NCBI GenBank assembly: GCA_964564635.1 | Contig: CAZMAR010000002.1 | Coordinates: 144,284-208,283, forward strand | Reading direction: 5' to 3' | DNA length: 64,000 nt | Source: an uncultured Ignavibacteriaceae bacterium | Lineage (GTDB): Bacteria > Bacteroidota > Ignavibacteria > Tepidaquicellales > Tepidaquicellaceae | Shown here: positions 32,301 to 40,771 of the stretch, piece by piece | How the letters are laid out: every line of letters begins with the position of its first letter | How positions within the stretch are numbered: the stretch's first letter is position 1 | Position numbers and translations under genes: made by a program | Notes under the pieces: model-generated | What the model was told of the DNA's origin: nothing | What the model saw: only the letters and a program-made list of their open reading frames with translations | Databases searched by the model: none

Positions 32301-32672
32301 AACATAGGAATTATTACTCCGTGGCGAATACAAATCAATAAAATAAGAAGCTTTATTGAAGAGGAAGATTTGCTGGATAAAATTTTAATTGATACTGTTG
32401 AGAGATTTCAGGGTTCAGAAAAAGATATAATAATTATTTCAGTTGCTGTTAATAACAAACATCTGCTAAGAAATTTGCAATCTGAAAATTTTGATAAATC
32501 TGTTGATAGGAAGCTTAATGTTGCTCTTTCAAGAGCTAAAGAACACTTAATTCTACTTGGTTGTGAACAAATTATTAATTCAAGTCATCATTACAGAAAT
32601 GTAATTAATATAATTAAGGAATCAGGGGGATATATAACAATTGAAGAGTCAAATAAATATTTTGAAATTTAA
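29337..32672 (+). CDS. Dna2-architecture nuclease-helicase: DUF4145-like N-terminal domain, Cas4-like PD-(D/E)xK nuclease, beta-barrel and SF1B (Upf1/Dna2-like) helicase
   Basis: Nuclease: C249, GRLD361, IE375-L-K377, Q393-VTA-Y397, then C452-x10-C463-x3-C467. Barrel: FREGDICIIY...KGTIISLDKNVVEIKL. Helicase: GPPGTGKTS, VIFIDEASQ, LIGDHCQLPAV, TVERFQGSEKDIIIIS, LNVALSRAKEHLILLG. The N-terminal FRKFANIVIHN helix pattern resembles DUF4145. Confidence 0.8.
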   Translation: MKLISSDFADLCYNEIIVTSKEEISPELKVPKYRRLFESLFKELVKDDPQSFDGKYSLYGIMVYIIEKYNLPNEISEKVHNFRKFANIVIHNSNFNKLIPISPDDIEKFCIKSLCETILFFSEISVPDELLNLYRDLKEVPNLFSQKKQDRELKSTIVTFLSCSERKINIKGDIYYTLTCEAEDDGTQFLLNVFPPFEYIGDKFKKYTKAYLHNVLKSPNYDNLYNTAENSLIVIEPDYLIEARNLSECFHRVGDSHYFYFINKFINDRPSKEVISGTIVNNLLDKYILNGEVNFENSFNSSIDILQVIQLSDDDIIKIKEEIIKNHLNNIKTFSTYCRNNNPIIEPTFISPEYGLYGRLDIMLEGGKNQKDVIELKSGSVPNNGPWINHEMQVTAYNMLLDSTFTDRIGTSSVFYSKATFEFLKNVVKDFLLYRNLINIRNKIVLTELSICDRDFSLFDELCNFDCSRYPQFIQTRFNNFKKIYKSLSELELEYFHNFIYFIFKELKAAKIGTDKIYEGTNNGFASLWLDTLEEKKDNSTILYNLRFRKYDTEKGTYIFDIDRNNPLTNFREGDICIIYSQDNKKPYKDSQIYKGTIISLDKNVVEIKLRNTQLSKNIFTPNNLWAIEHDLMEINFQNQIESLILFLDSNSEKKDKILCKRKPEFEAHDYQNNNYNENICLIVSKFKSAKDYFLLQGPPGTGKTSLALRVMIEETFNDNPKAKVAVIAYTNRAVDEISKSLSTSNNINIKNYVRIGSDYLEDERLLQKLVCGKSIDEMRTLLKNCNVFVSTISSFQKRFLDLLQPGEKFDVIFIDEASQIVETQIIGLLMYCKKFVLIGDHCQLPAVILQEEKEYKLQSDILKKIGLEYLSLSLFERLFIKCQREGWDYAIDTLKVHFRMHNDIVKLIKSNYSIELSHNDPRQVEEQKLFNSKATDPIERLLSRSRTIFIPTKINKLESKYSTEEAKKIKAILETLLRIYNNNLETNNIGIITPWRIQINKIRSFIEEEDLLDKILIDTVERFQGSEKDIIIISVAVNNKHLLRNLQSENFDKSVDRKLNVALSRAKEHLILLGCEQIINSSHHYRNVINIIKESGGYITIEESNKYFEI

Positions 32673-32782
32673 TAGTTAAGGTTTAAAGGAGAAAAAAACA
32701 TCAGTTAATTTTTCTTTTATATTTTTAATATTCAAGTTTATGATTAATTTTATCATTATTAAATAAACTAAAAAAAATTACT

Positions 32783-34294
32783 ATGAAAAAATATCAAAAT
32801 TTTATTAACGGAAAATGGCAAGATTCTTTATCGGGAAAAACAACAGAAAACAGGAATCCAGCTAAATGGGAAGAAGATTTAATTGGTTTATTTCCTTCTT
32901 CAAATGAAGATGATGTTAATCTTGCAGTGGAAGCAGCAAGGGAAGCTTATAAAAAGTGGCGTTTAATACCCGCTCCGCGTAGAGGTGATGTTTTAAAACT
33001 TGTTGGAGACATAATGGCAAACAGGAAAGAAGAAATTTCTTTTGAAATGACAAGAGAAATGGGAAAGGTTATCGCCGAAACAAGGGGTGATACACAGGAA
33101 GGAATTGATACAGCATATTATGCAGCATCGGAGGGAAGGAGATTATTTGGATATAATGCACCAAGTGAATTACCAAATAAAATGAACTTAAGCTTTAGAA
33201 TGCCAATCGGGGTTGCCGGAATAATTACCCCCTGGAATTTCCCTATGGCTATTCCAACCTGGAAAATTTTTCCCGCTCTTGTATGTGGCAATACTGTAGT
33301 ATTTAAACCTGCAGAATTGACCCCAAAAACAGCAACCACACTTGTAGAAATCATTGATGAAGCCATGAAAAAAGTTCTTGGTAATGATTATATTCCTGGA
33401 GTTATAAATTTAGTACACGGTAAAGGAAAAATAGTTGGAGAAGCATTTCTATCAAATAAGAATATTGATTTAATTTCTTTTACAGGTTCTACCGAAGTTG
33501 GAAGAAGAATAAATGAAGTAGGCGGTAGAATGTTAAAAAGAGTATCACTTGAGTTAGGAGGAAAAAATGCTCAAATAGTTATGGACGATGCAAATTTTGA
33601 TTTGGCGCTCGATGCAGTTTTATGGGGAGCATTTGGCACAACAGGACAAAGGTGTACAGCTACCTCAAGGTTAATACTTCATAAAAAGATTCACGATATG
33701 TTTGTGGAAAAACTTCTTAACAGAGTAAAGAAATTAAGACTTGGTTATGGAAACGATAAAAATGTAGATGTAGGTCCCTGTGTTAGTGAAACTCAGAGAA
33801 ATATAGTTCATTCATATGTTGAAATAGGAAAAAATGAAGATAAGGCAACACTACTAATTGGAGGTGAATTTGCAACAGAAGGAGAACTTGCAAAAGGATG
33901 GTTTTATAAACCTACGATTTTTGTTGATGTGAAACCAAATATGAGAATTGCGCAGGAAGAAATTTTTGGTCCCGTCTTGTCTGTCTTAAAATGTGAGGAC
34001 CTTGAAGATGGAATTAATATATTAAATGGAACTGAATATGGATTATCTTCAAGTATCTTTACTAATGATGTAAATAGTGCTTTTAAAGCAATAAGGGATA
34101 TTCAGGCAGGTATTACATATATAAATGGAGCTACAATTGGAGCTGAGGCACATATGCCATTTGGTGGTGTAAAGGGAACAGGAAATGGACATAGAGAAGG
34201 CGGCTGGACTGTTTATGACTTCTTTACAGAATGGAAGGCAGTATATATAGATTATTCCGGAAAATTGCAAAGAGCACAAATAGACAATTACTAA
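32783..34294 (+). CDS. NAD(P)-dependent aldehyde dehydrogenase family protein
   Basis: ALDH motifs: GIITPWNFP, FTGSTEVG, ELGGKN (catalytic Glu), GQRCTA (catalytic Cys) and EEIFGPV. Confidence 0.9.
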   Translation: MKKYQNFINGKWQDSLSGKTTENRNPAKWEEDLIGLFPSSNEDDVNLAVEAAREAYKKWRLIPAPRRGDVLKLVGDIMANRKEEISFEMTREMGKVIAETRGDTQEGIDTAYYAASEGRRLFGYNAPSELPNKMNLSFRMPIGVAGIITPWNFPMAIPTWKIFPALVCGNTVVFKPAELTPKTATTLVEIIDEAMKKVLGNDYIPGVINLVHGKGKIVGEAFLSNKNIDLISFTGSTEVGRRINEVGGRMLKRVSLELGGKNAQIVMDDANFDLALDAVLWGAFGTTGQRCTATSRLILHKKIHDMFVEKLLNRVKKLRLGYGNDKNVDVGPCVSETQRNIVHSYVEIGKNEDKATLLIGGEFATEGELAKGWFYKPTIFVDVKPNMRIAQEEIFGPVLSVLKCEDLEDGINILNGTEYGLSSSIFTNDVNSAFKAIRDIQAGITYINGATIGAEAHMPFGGVKGTGNGHREGGWTVYDFFTEWKAVYIDYSGKLQRAQIDNY

Positions 34295-34338
34295 TTATAT
34301 TTTCATTAACTTTTTTAAAAGTTAAACGGTAAGAAGCT

Positions 34339-35172
34339 ATGAAAAAAACTTATTTAATTTTAGTATTAGTTTTTTTCCCTATTTTTTGTTTTTCTCAAAC
34401 AGGAGATTCTCTTTTAAATATGGCAGACGAGGCGCTTTTTAAAAAAGATTATGATTTAGCCGCTACCTATTTTAAAAAATATATTGAAATTAACCCCAGC
34501 TCTGCTAATGCATATGTGGGTTTAGGGGTTACCTTTATAGAAAGGAAATTATATGATTCAGCCTATTACTGTTTTAACTATGCTGTAACTCTTGAACCAG
34601 AGAATTCACGAGCTTTAACAAGCAGAGCGTCTATTTTACTATTATATAAAAACTATGATGATGCTTATAGAGATTTAATTGCCTCCTTGAAAATTGATTC
34701 AACTTATATGAGTACTTATGTAACCCTTGCAACCTATTACTGTTTAATAAACGATATCCCAAAAGCATATAAGATTCTTGAAAAGGCTCTTTCAGTTAAT
34801 CCAAATTCAATTGATGTATATATGAACAGAGGAGCCCTAAATTTGCAACTGGATAAATATTTAGATGCTTTAAACGATGTAAATAAAGTTTTAGAGTTAG
34901 ACCCCAATAATGTAAAAGCTATGTATTTTAGAGGTACTATTTACCGATATTTAAAGGAGTATGAGAAAGCTATGCTTGATTATGAAAAAGCTTTATCTTT
35001 TGAACCTGACAATGGGGAAATTTTTGTGAGAAGAGGTATTTTATATCTTGATATGGGAGAATACCAGAAAGCCTTAGAGGATATGGAGTATGGATATAAA
35101 TTAAATCCCGAGCTAAAATCACAAACTGAAAATTTCTATAATCAAGTTCTTGAGAAACTAAAGAAGAATTAA
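34339..35172 (+). CDS. Secreted TPR-repeat protein
   Basis: Signal peptide followed by about 7 canonical 34-aa TPR units (A..Y...G.......A...F..AL..DP). Confidence 0.8.
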   Translation: MKKTYLILVLVFFPIFCFSQTGDSLLNMADEALFKKDYDLAATYFKKYIEINPSSANAYVGLGVTFIERKLYDSAYYCFNYAVTLEPENSRALTSRASILLLYKNYDDAYRDLIASLKIDSTYMSTYVTLATYYCLINDIPKAYKILEKALSVNPNSIDVYMNRGALNLQLDKYLDALNDVNKVLELDPNNVKAMYFRGTIYRYLKEYEKAMLDYEKALSFEPDNGEIFVRRGILYLDMGEYQKALEDMEYGYKLNPELKSQTENFYNQVLEKLKKN

Positions 35173-35180
35173 ATTCTATT

Positions 35181-35996
35181 ATGAAAAAGTTCTTATTATT
35201 TTTGCTCTTTCCATTTATTACATATTCACAGGATAATCCAACCCAATTATTTCTTTTGGGTGAAGCAGCATTAAACGGTTTTGATTGCAATAATGCAATT
35301 AATTATCTTTCACAATATCTGGAGGTAAATACCAACGATTTTGTAGCTCTTGAAATGCGAGGAAGAGCATACGAATTATGTAAAAAATACGATGAAGCAA
35401 TCTCTGATCTTTCAAGTTCAATTTTTATAAATCGTCAATATGAAAAAGCATATATAAGTAGAGGTAAGCTTTATATTTTACTTCATGAATATGATAATTC
35501 AATTTCAGATTTTAGTAATGCACTTATGATAAATCCCCAGGATTCATTAGCATATCTACAAAGAGGTATTGCATATTTATTTTTAGATAATTACAGTGCT
35601 GCATTATCAGATTTTTCGAGCGCAATTAGTGTTAATCCTCAATATTCTGAAGCATATAGATATAGAGGGTCGCTATATTACAAAATGGGAAATAAAAATG
35701 ATGCGATTGCTGATTTTAATAAAGCTATAGAATATGATAAAAATAATTATGATGCATATATGGATAGGGGTAGAGTATATTTCATCGAAGGGAAATTTTC
35801 CGAGGCGTTAGCAGATTATAATTTTGCATATAATATTAATAGCACAGATCCAGAACTATTTATTAGAAGAGGTTACACTTATAAAATGTTGAAAGATTAT
35901 TCGAAAGCATTAGCTGATTTTAAGACTGCCTGTGAACTTGATAATTTTTATTGCAAGCAATTAGAAAATGAAATTGAAGAACTTAAAAATTATTAA
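35181..35996 (+). CDS. Secreted TPR-repeat protein (tandem paralogue of the preceding gene)
   Basis: Signal peptide and about 7 TPR units. Same size and architecture as 34339..35172. Confidence 0.8.
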   Translation: MKKFLLFLLFPFITYSQDNPTQLFLLGEAALNGFDCNNAINYLSQYLEVNTNDFVALEMRGRAYELCKKYDEAISDLSSSIFINRQYEKAYISRGKLYILLHEYDNSISDFSNALMINPQDSLAYLQRGIAYLFLDNYSAALSDFSSAISVNPQYSEAYRYRGSLYYKMGNKNDAIADFNKAIEYDKNNYDAYMDRGRVYFIEGKFSEALADYNFAYNINSTDPELFIRRGYTYKMLKDYSKALADFKTACELDNFYCKQLENEIEELKNY

Positions 35997-36018
35997 TATA
36001 ATTAAGATTTCAAATTAT

Positions 36019-36534
36019 ATGAAAAAGTTATTAATAATTTTTTTATCCTTAATTTTAATAACTGTTGGATGTAAAAAAAGCACTGACGATATTACTGTAA
36101 AACACAAAGATACTAAAAACGATTCCACATTAAATTATAATAACACACCACAAACAAGTTCTCACCCAGATGAAACTGGAAAAATAAATGAAGAATATCA
36201 AACTGGTGACAATACAATTTCACAAAAGAAAGGAACTGAGCAACGAAAAGAAATTACCACAAAAGAGGTGAATGATTATATTAATAAAACTGTAACTGTA
36301 AAAGGATATGTTGCCGAGGTTGTTTTGAGACCAAAAGTAAATTATTTAAATTTTGATAAGAAGTATCCAGATAATACTTTTACTGCTGTTATTTTTCCTG
36401 ATGATATGTATAAGTTCGAGGATTTAATGAAGTATCAGAACAAAAATGTAAAAGTTACTGGCAGAATATCATTATATAAAGGTAAACCTCAGATAGTAAT
36501 AAACTCAACTTCTCAATTAAAAATAGTAAATTAA
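36019..36534 (+). CDS. Lipoprotein with a C-terminal OB-fold-like domain
   Basis: I moved the start to the internal ATG at 36019 (MKKLLIIFLSLILITVGCKK, signal peptide plus lipobox). The C-terminal VTVKGYVAEV...VKVTGRISLYKGKPQIVI is an OB-fold-like pattern. Confidence 0.55.
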   Translation: MKKLLIIFLSLILITVGCKKSTDDITVKHKDTKNDSTLNYNNTPQTSSHPDETGKINEEYQTGDNTISQKKGTEQRKEITTKEVNDYINKTVTVKGYVAEVVLRPKVNYLNFDKKYPDNTFTAVIFPDDMYKFEDLMKYQNKNVKVTGRISLYKGKPQIVINSTSQLKIVN

Positions 36535-36538
36535 TTGT

Positions 36539-37402
36539 ATGAAAAAATGTGGATATGTTGCAATTGTTGGTGAGCCGAATGTAGGGAAGTCAACCCTGCT
36601 GAATGCTTTTCTTAATTTTAATTTATCGATAATAAATAAAAAGGCTCAAACAACAAGAAATAAAATAATTGGTGCTTTAACGGAAAATAATTACCAAATA
36701 ATATTTATAGATACACCGGGAATAATAGAGCCGAAATATGAACTTCAAAATTTTATGGTTTCAAATATTAAATCCTCTGTAAAAGAAGCTGATGTTATTG
36801 TTTATCTTTTTGATATAGTGAATTATAAAAATCTTGGTTCGTTAAATGTGGAAAAAGATAAAAAGCATATTTTTGCATTAAATAAAATAGACTTGGTTAA
36901 AGAAGATGAAGTGGAAAAAATACTGCACTTTTTTTCACAAGAAAAACCCGAAGAAACAGTGATACCTATTTCAGCTGTAAATAGAATTAACCTTGATGTA
37001 TTGAAAAACAAAATAGTAGAATTACTGCCAGAATCAGAGTTTCTTTATGATGAGGATTTTTTAACAGATAGACCCGAAAAGTTTTTTGTGGCGGAAATTA
37101 TTAGAAATTGTATTTTGGATTTATTTGAAAAAGAAGTTCCCTATAGTGTATTTGTGGAAATTCCTTTATTCAAAGAAAAGAAGGAAGGTAAAGATTATAT
37201 TGAAGCGGAAATAATTGTTGAAAGAGAATCTCAGAAAGTAATTATAATTGGAAAAGAAGGTAAAAAATTAAAACAACTTGGTGAAGTAGCAAGAGTAGCA
37301 ATAGAAAATTTTCTCGGCAGACCTGTGTTTTTAAAATTATTTGTTAAGGTAAGAAAGAACTGGAGAAAGAATAAGGATTTTTTAAAAATGCATTATAATT
37401 AA
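36539..37402 (+). CDS. era: GTPase Era
   Basis: GEPNVGKSTLLN, DTPG and NKID motifs plus a C-terminal KH domain (IIIGKEGKKLKQLG). Confidence 0.93.
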   Translation: MKKCGYVAIVGEPNVGKSTLLNAFLNFNLSIINKKAQTTRNKIIGALTENNYQIIFIDTPGIIEPKYELQNFMVSNIKSSVKEADVIVYLFDIVNYKNLGSLNVEKDKKHIFALNKIDLVKEDEVEKILHFFSQEKPEETVIPISAVNRINLDVLKNKIVELLPESEFLYDEDFLTDRPEKFFVAEIIRNCILDLFEKEVPYSVFVEIPLFKEKKEGKDYIEAEIIVERESQKVIIIGKEGKKLKQLGEVARVAIENFLGRPVFLKLFVKVRKNWRKNKDFLKMHYN

Positions 37403-37404
37403 GT

Positions 37405-38697
37405 TTATCTTATAGCACTAAAGACCCACAGTTCAGAATATAAAATTGCTTTATATCCTAAATCATTTGAAAATATTCTTGGTTTAGCAAAATCATCAAC
37501 AGATATGTAAGGAACATATTTCATAACCTGCCAGCTGAATTCATTTCCTTTTAAAATACCAAAGCTTTTTGATACTGGTGACTTGAGAGTTCTCTCAAGC
37601 GTAACAATATAGTAATCACCAACGGGATTAAATCCGTGAAAATGAACAACATATATTCCGCTACCGGAGCCCCATTCATAAGTAAATAAAGTATTATTAT
37701 TAACAAAAGAAAATCTATTCTGAGGTGTAATCAAAAATGGGGGTTCTTCCCTTGAAATTGTAAGAGTAGAATTTGGATAAGTATATTCATAATTTTCAAT
37801 ATATGCACCCCCCTTTAATGTCATTCTGCCTTTTACTCTAAGTCTGTAGCCAAGTTGAAGATTTAATGGTACCAGTATGTTAGCAGTTATTAAATCTCCT
37901 TCGGTTTTATTTAGTAACATTTCGGCGTTTCTGTGAAGTGATAAAAAATCTGCATAAACAGAAAGTTCTTTTTTCTCATAACTGCCCGATGGGAAGTAAA
38001 TGGTTATTATAGATTCACCAGGAGTGTTATAAAAACTAAGGGTATCAAATATAACATTTTGCGGATAAAAACCTTTAGATACCGAAATAACTTTTTCTCC
38101 TAATTTCTCATACCGTGTTTGAGACTTTTCAAGATATATTACTCTTCCGTTTATTGTGCTTACATTAGAGGGCCAATTAATCTGTAATAATTTTGTTTTT
38201 TCTCCTGCAGATGCAAATATATCGGGGGAGTAAAATATTTCATCACTTAAAAACTTAATTATTGCACTTCTGCCGGCTGGAATTGGATTAAAATCTACTC
38301 TAATTACCTCCGAATTTATTTCTCTTGGTATTTCTACTCCAAATAATTTTAGCTCTGGATTTAGAATAGATAAATTTTGGTATAGAACACCAATTGAATT
38401 TGCTGAATCAATAATAACAAGATCATAAGGGTATGTTTCAATAATTATTTTAAACTCACCTCTTATGTTAGTTATTGCACTACCGCCTGAGGATATAATG
38501 ACCCTTACATTAGGAACAGGAAAATTTTTCTCATCAAGTACCTGTCCTTCAACAATATAGCCGGAATTAATAGATTCTTTTTTTGAACTTGCTAATAGAA
38601 ACTCTGATAAAAAGATTGTAGAAATAAATAAAACTAATATAAAACTTTTAATCAACGGAAATTCTTTTTTACAATATAAAATTGTTTCTTTTAACAC
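37405..38697 (-). CDS. Hypothetical exported protein with a carboxypeptidase-regulatory-like (CarboxypepD_reg) N-terminal domain
   Basis: N-terminal hydrophobic segment, then GYIVEGQVLDEKNFPVPNVRVII...GEFKI, typical of CarboxypepD_reg beta-sandwiches. The rest is unrecognised. Confidence 0.55.
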   Translation of the reverse strand: MLKETILYCKKEFPLIKSFILVLFISTIFLSEFLLASSKKESINSGYIVEGQVLDEKNFPVPNVRVIISSGGSAITNIRGEFKIIIETYPYDLVIIDSANSIGVLYQNLSILNPELKLFGVEIPREINSEVIRVDFNPIPAGRSAIIKFLSDEIFYSPDIFASAGEKTKLLQINWPSNVSTINGRVIYLEKSQTRYEKLGEKVISVSKGFYPQNVIFDTLSFYNTPGESIITIYFPSGSYEKKELSVYADFLSLHRNAEMLLNKTEGDLITANILVPLNLQLGYRLRVKGRMTLKGGAYIENYEYTYPNSTLTISREEPPFLITPQNRFSFVNNNTLFTYEWGSGSGIYVVHFHGFNPVGDYYIVTLERTLKSPVSKSFGILKGNEFSWQVMKYVPYISVDDFAKPRIFSNDLGYKAILYSELWVFSAIR

Positions 38698-38716
38698 TCA
38701 ATATAAAACCTGTAAA

Positions 38717-40726
38717 TTATTTTGAAAGTCTTTCTATCTCATCACGAAGTTCAGCAGCTCTTTCGAACTCTAAATCTTTTGCAGCATTAATCATTTCCTG
38801 GCGTAATTGTTCAATGAGATTTTTTCTTTCTTCTTCATTCATATTTTTAAACAATGGTTCTGTTACAACACTCAAACTTGTTTTATAGGTGGTTTTTCTT
38901 TTATATTTAGTTTTTGAATCTGCTACAATTGTTGTGGACATAATATCTTCATAACTTTTATAGATAGTTTTAGGTTCAATTTTATTTATTCTGTTATATT
39001 CTTCCTGCATCTTTCTTCTTCTATTTGTTTCATCTATTACCTTTTTCATTGAATCAGTAATTTTATCGGCATACATAATAACCATTCCATTAACATTTCT
39101 TGCTGTTCTGCCAGCAGTCTGTAAAAGAGATTTTTCAGAACGCAAAAACCCCTCTTTATCAGCATCTAATATAGCTACTAAAGAAACTTCAGGTAAATCT
39201 AATCCTTCTCTTAATAAATTAACCCCGACTAAGACATCAAACTCTCCAAGTCTTAATCCTCTAATTATTTCCACTCTGTCGAGAGATTCAACTTCAGAAT
39301 GCATATATTTTACTCGTATTCCAATATTTTTAAGGTAATCTGTTAAATCTTCACTCATTCTTTTCGTTAGAGTAGTAATTAAAACTCGTTCTTTTGCTTT
39401 TGCTCTCTTTCTTATTTCTGCAATTAAGTCATCAATTTGATTTTTAACGGGTCTTACCTGAATTTCTGGGTCGAGTAATCCGGTTGGTCTGATAATTTGT
39501 TCTACAACAACTCCACCACTTTTTTCAAGTTCATAATCTCCGGGGGTTGCACTGACATAAATAACTTGATTGATTAAACTTTCCCATTCTTCAAATGTTA
39601 AAGGTCTATTATCTAATGCTGAAGGTAACCTAAACCCATGTTCTACAAGAGTTTCTTTACGAAATCTATCTCCGTTATACATCGCTCTTATTTGCGGTAT
39701 CGTTACATGTGATTCATCAATAATGAGAAGATAATCTTCTGGAAAATAATCAAAAAGACATGCCGGTCTTGAACCCGGTGGCCTTCCTTCAAGATGGCGG
39801 GAATAGTTTTCTATACCAGAGCAATAGCCGACCTCTTTAATCATTTCAAGATCAAAATTTGTTCTTTGTTCTAATCTTTGCGCTTCAATTAATTTATTCT
39901 GACTTCTCAAAAAAGCTACTCTTTCTTCTAATTCTTCTCTTATAGTTTTTATTGCATTTTCTATTTTTTGTGGGGTCGTTATAAAATATTTTGCAGGGTA
40001 AATAGATACAACATTATCTCTGCTAACAATTTTTCCTGTTGAAGCATTTATACGAAAAACATTCTCAATCATATTATCAACTATTTCAATTCTAACTCCT
40101 AAATCCTGTTCATCGGCAGGTATTATATCAATTGAATCACCTCTGACTCGAAAAGTTCCTCTTTTAAATTCAACATCGTTTCTAATATAATGTATATCAA
40201 CAAGTTTTCTCATTAATTCTTTTCTTGTTATTATTTGATTTTTTTTCAAAATAAGAACTTGTTCTGCAAACTCCTGTGGAGAACCAATACCATAAATACA
40301 ACTGACAGAAGCAACAATAATTACATCTCTTCGCCCCTCAAGAAGAGCAGCAGTTGCCTTTAATCGCAATCTATCAATTTCTTCATTAATAGATAGGTCC
40401 TTTGCAATATAAGTATCTGTTGATGGGATGTATGCTTCCGGTTGATAGTAATCATAGTATGAAATAAAAAACTCCACCCTATTTTCGGGAAAGTACTTTT
40501 TAAATTCTCCATACAATTGTGCAGCAAGTGTTTTATTATGAGACATTACAAGAACAGGTTTTTGTACATTATTAATTACATGAGAAATAGAAAAGGTTTT
40601 TCCTGAACCCGTAATGCCTAAAAACACTTGATGTTTAATGTTTTGCATAATACCCCTGGTTAGTTCCTCAATTGCTTTTGGTTGATCACCTTTTGGGGAA
40701 TAATCTGATATAAGTTTAAATCTCAT
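38717..40726 (-). CDS. uvrB: Excinuclease ABC subunit B
   Basis: [12 protein letters not shown], the beta-hairpin region and a C-terminal UVR domain ([13 protein letters not shown]). Confidence 0.97.
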   Translation of the reverse strand: MRFKLISDYSPKGDQPKAIEELTRGIMQNIKHQVFLGITGSGKTFSISHVINNVQKPVLVMSHNKTLAAQLYGEFKKYFPENRVEFFISYYDYYQPEAYIPSTDTYIAKDLSINEEIDRLRLKATAALLEGRRDVIIVASVSCIYGIGSPQEFAEQVLILKKNQIITRKELMRKLVDIHYIRNDVEFKRGTFRVRGDSIDIIPADEQDLGVRIEIVDNMIENVFRINASTGKIVSRDNVVSIYPAKYFITTPQKIENAIKTIREELEERVAFLRSQNKLIEAQRLEQRTNFDLEMIKEVGYCSGIENYSRHLEGRPPGSRPACLFDYFPEDYLLIIDESHVTIPQIRAMYNGDRFRKETLVEHGFRLPSALDNRPLTFEEWESLINQVIYVSATPGDYELEKSGGVVVEQIIRPTGLLDPEIQVRPVKNQIDDLIAEIRKRAKAKERVLITTLTKRMSEDLTDYLKNIGIRVKYMHSEVESLDRVEIIRGLRLGEFDVLVGVNLLREGLDLPEVSLVAILDADKEGFLRSEKSLLQTAGRTARNVNGMVIMYADKITDSMKKVIDETNRRRKMQEEYNRINKIEPKTIYKSYEDIMSTTIVADSKTKYKRKTTYKTSLSVVTEPLFKNMNEEERKNLIEQLRQEMINAAKDLEFERAAELRDEIERLSK

Positions 40727-40771
40727 CTTTATAAGTCAATTGATATTGTCTGAATTTAAAGGGATAAAAAT

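Noticed and set aside
35968-36018. The N-terminal extension of the OB-fold lipoprotein ORF, overlapping the preceding TPR gene by 29 nt
   Set aside because: The internal ATG at 36019 gives a textbook signal peptide plus lipobox (LILITVGC). The extension (MKLKNLKIINIIKISNY) looks like translated spacer.
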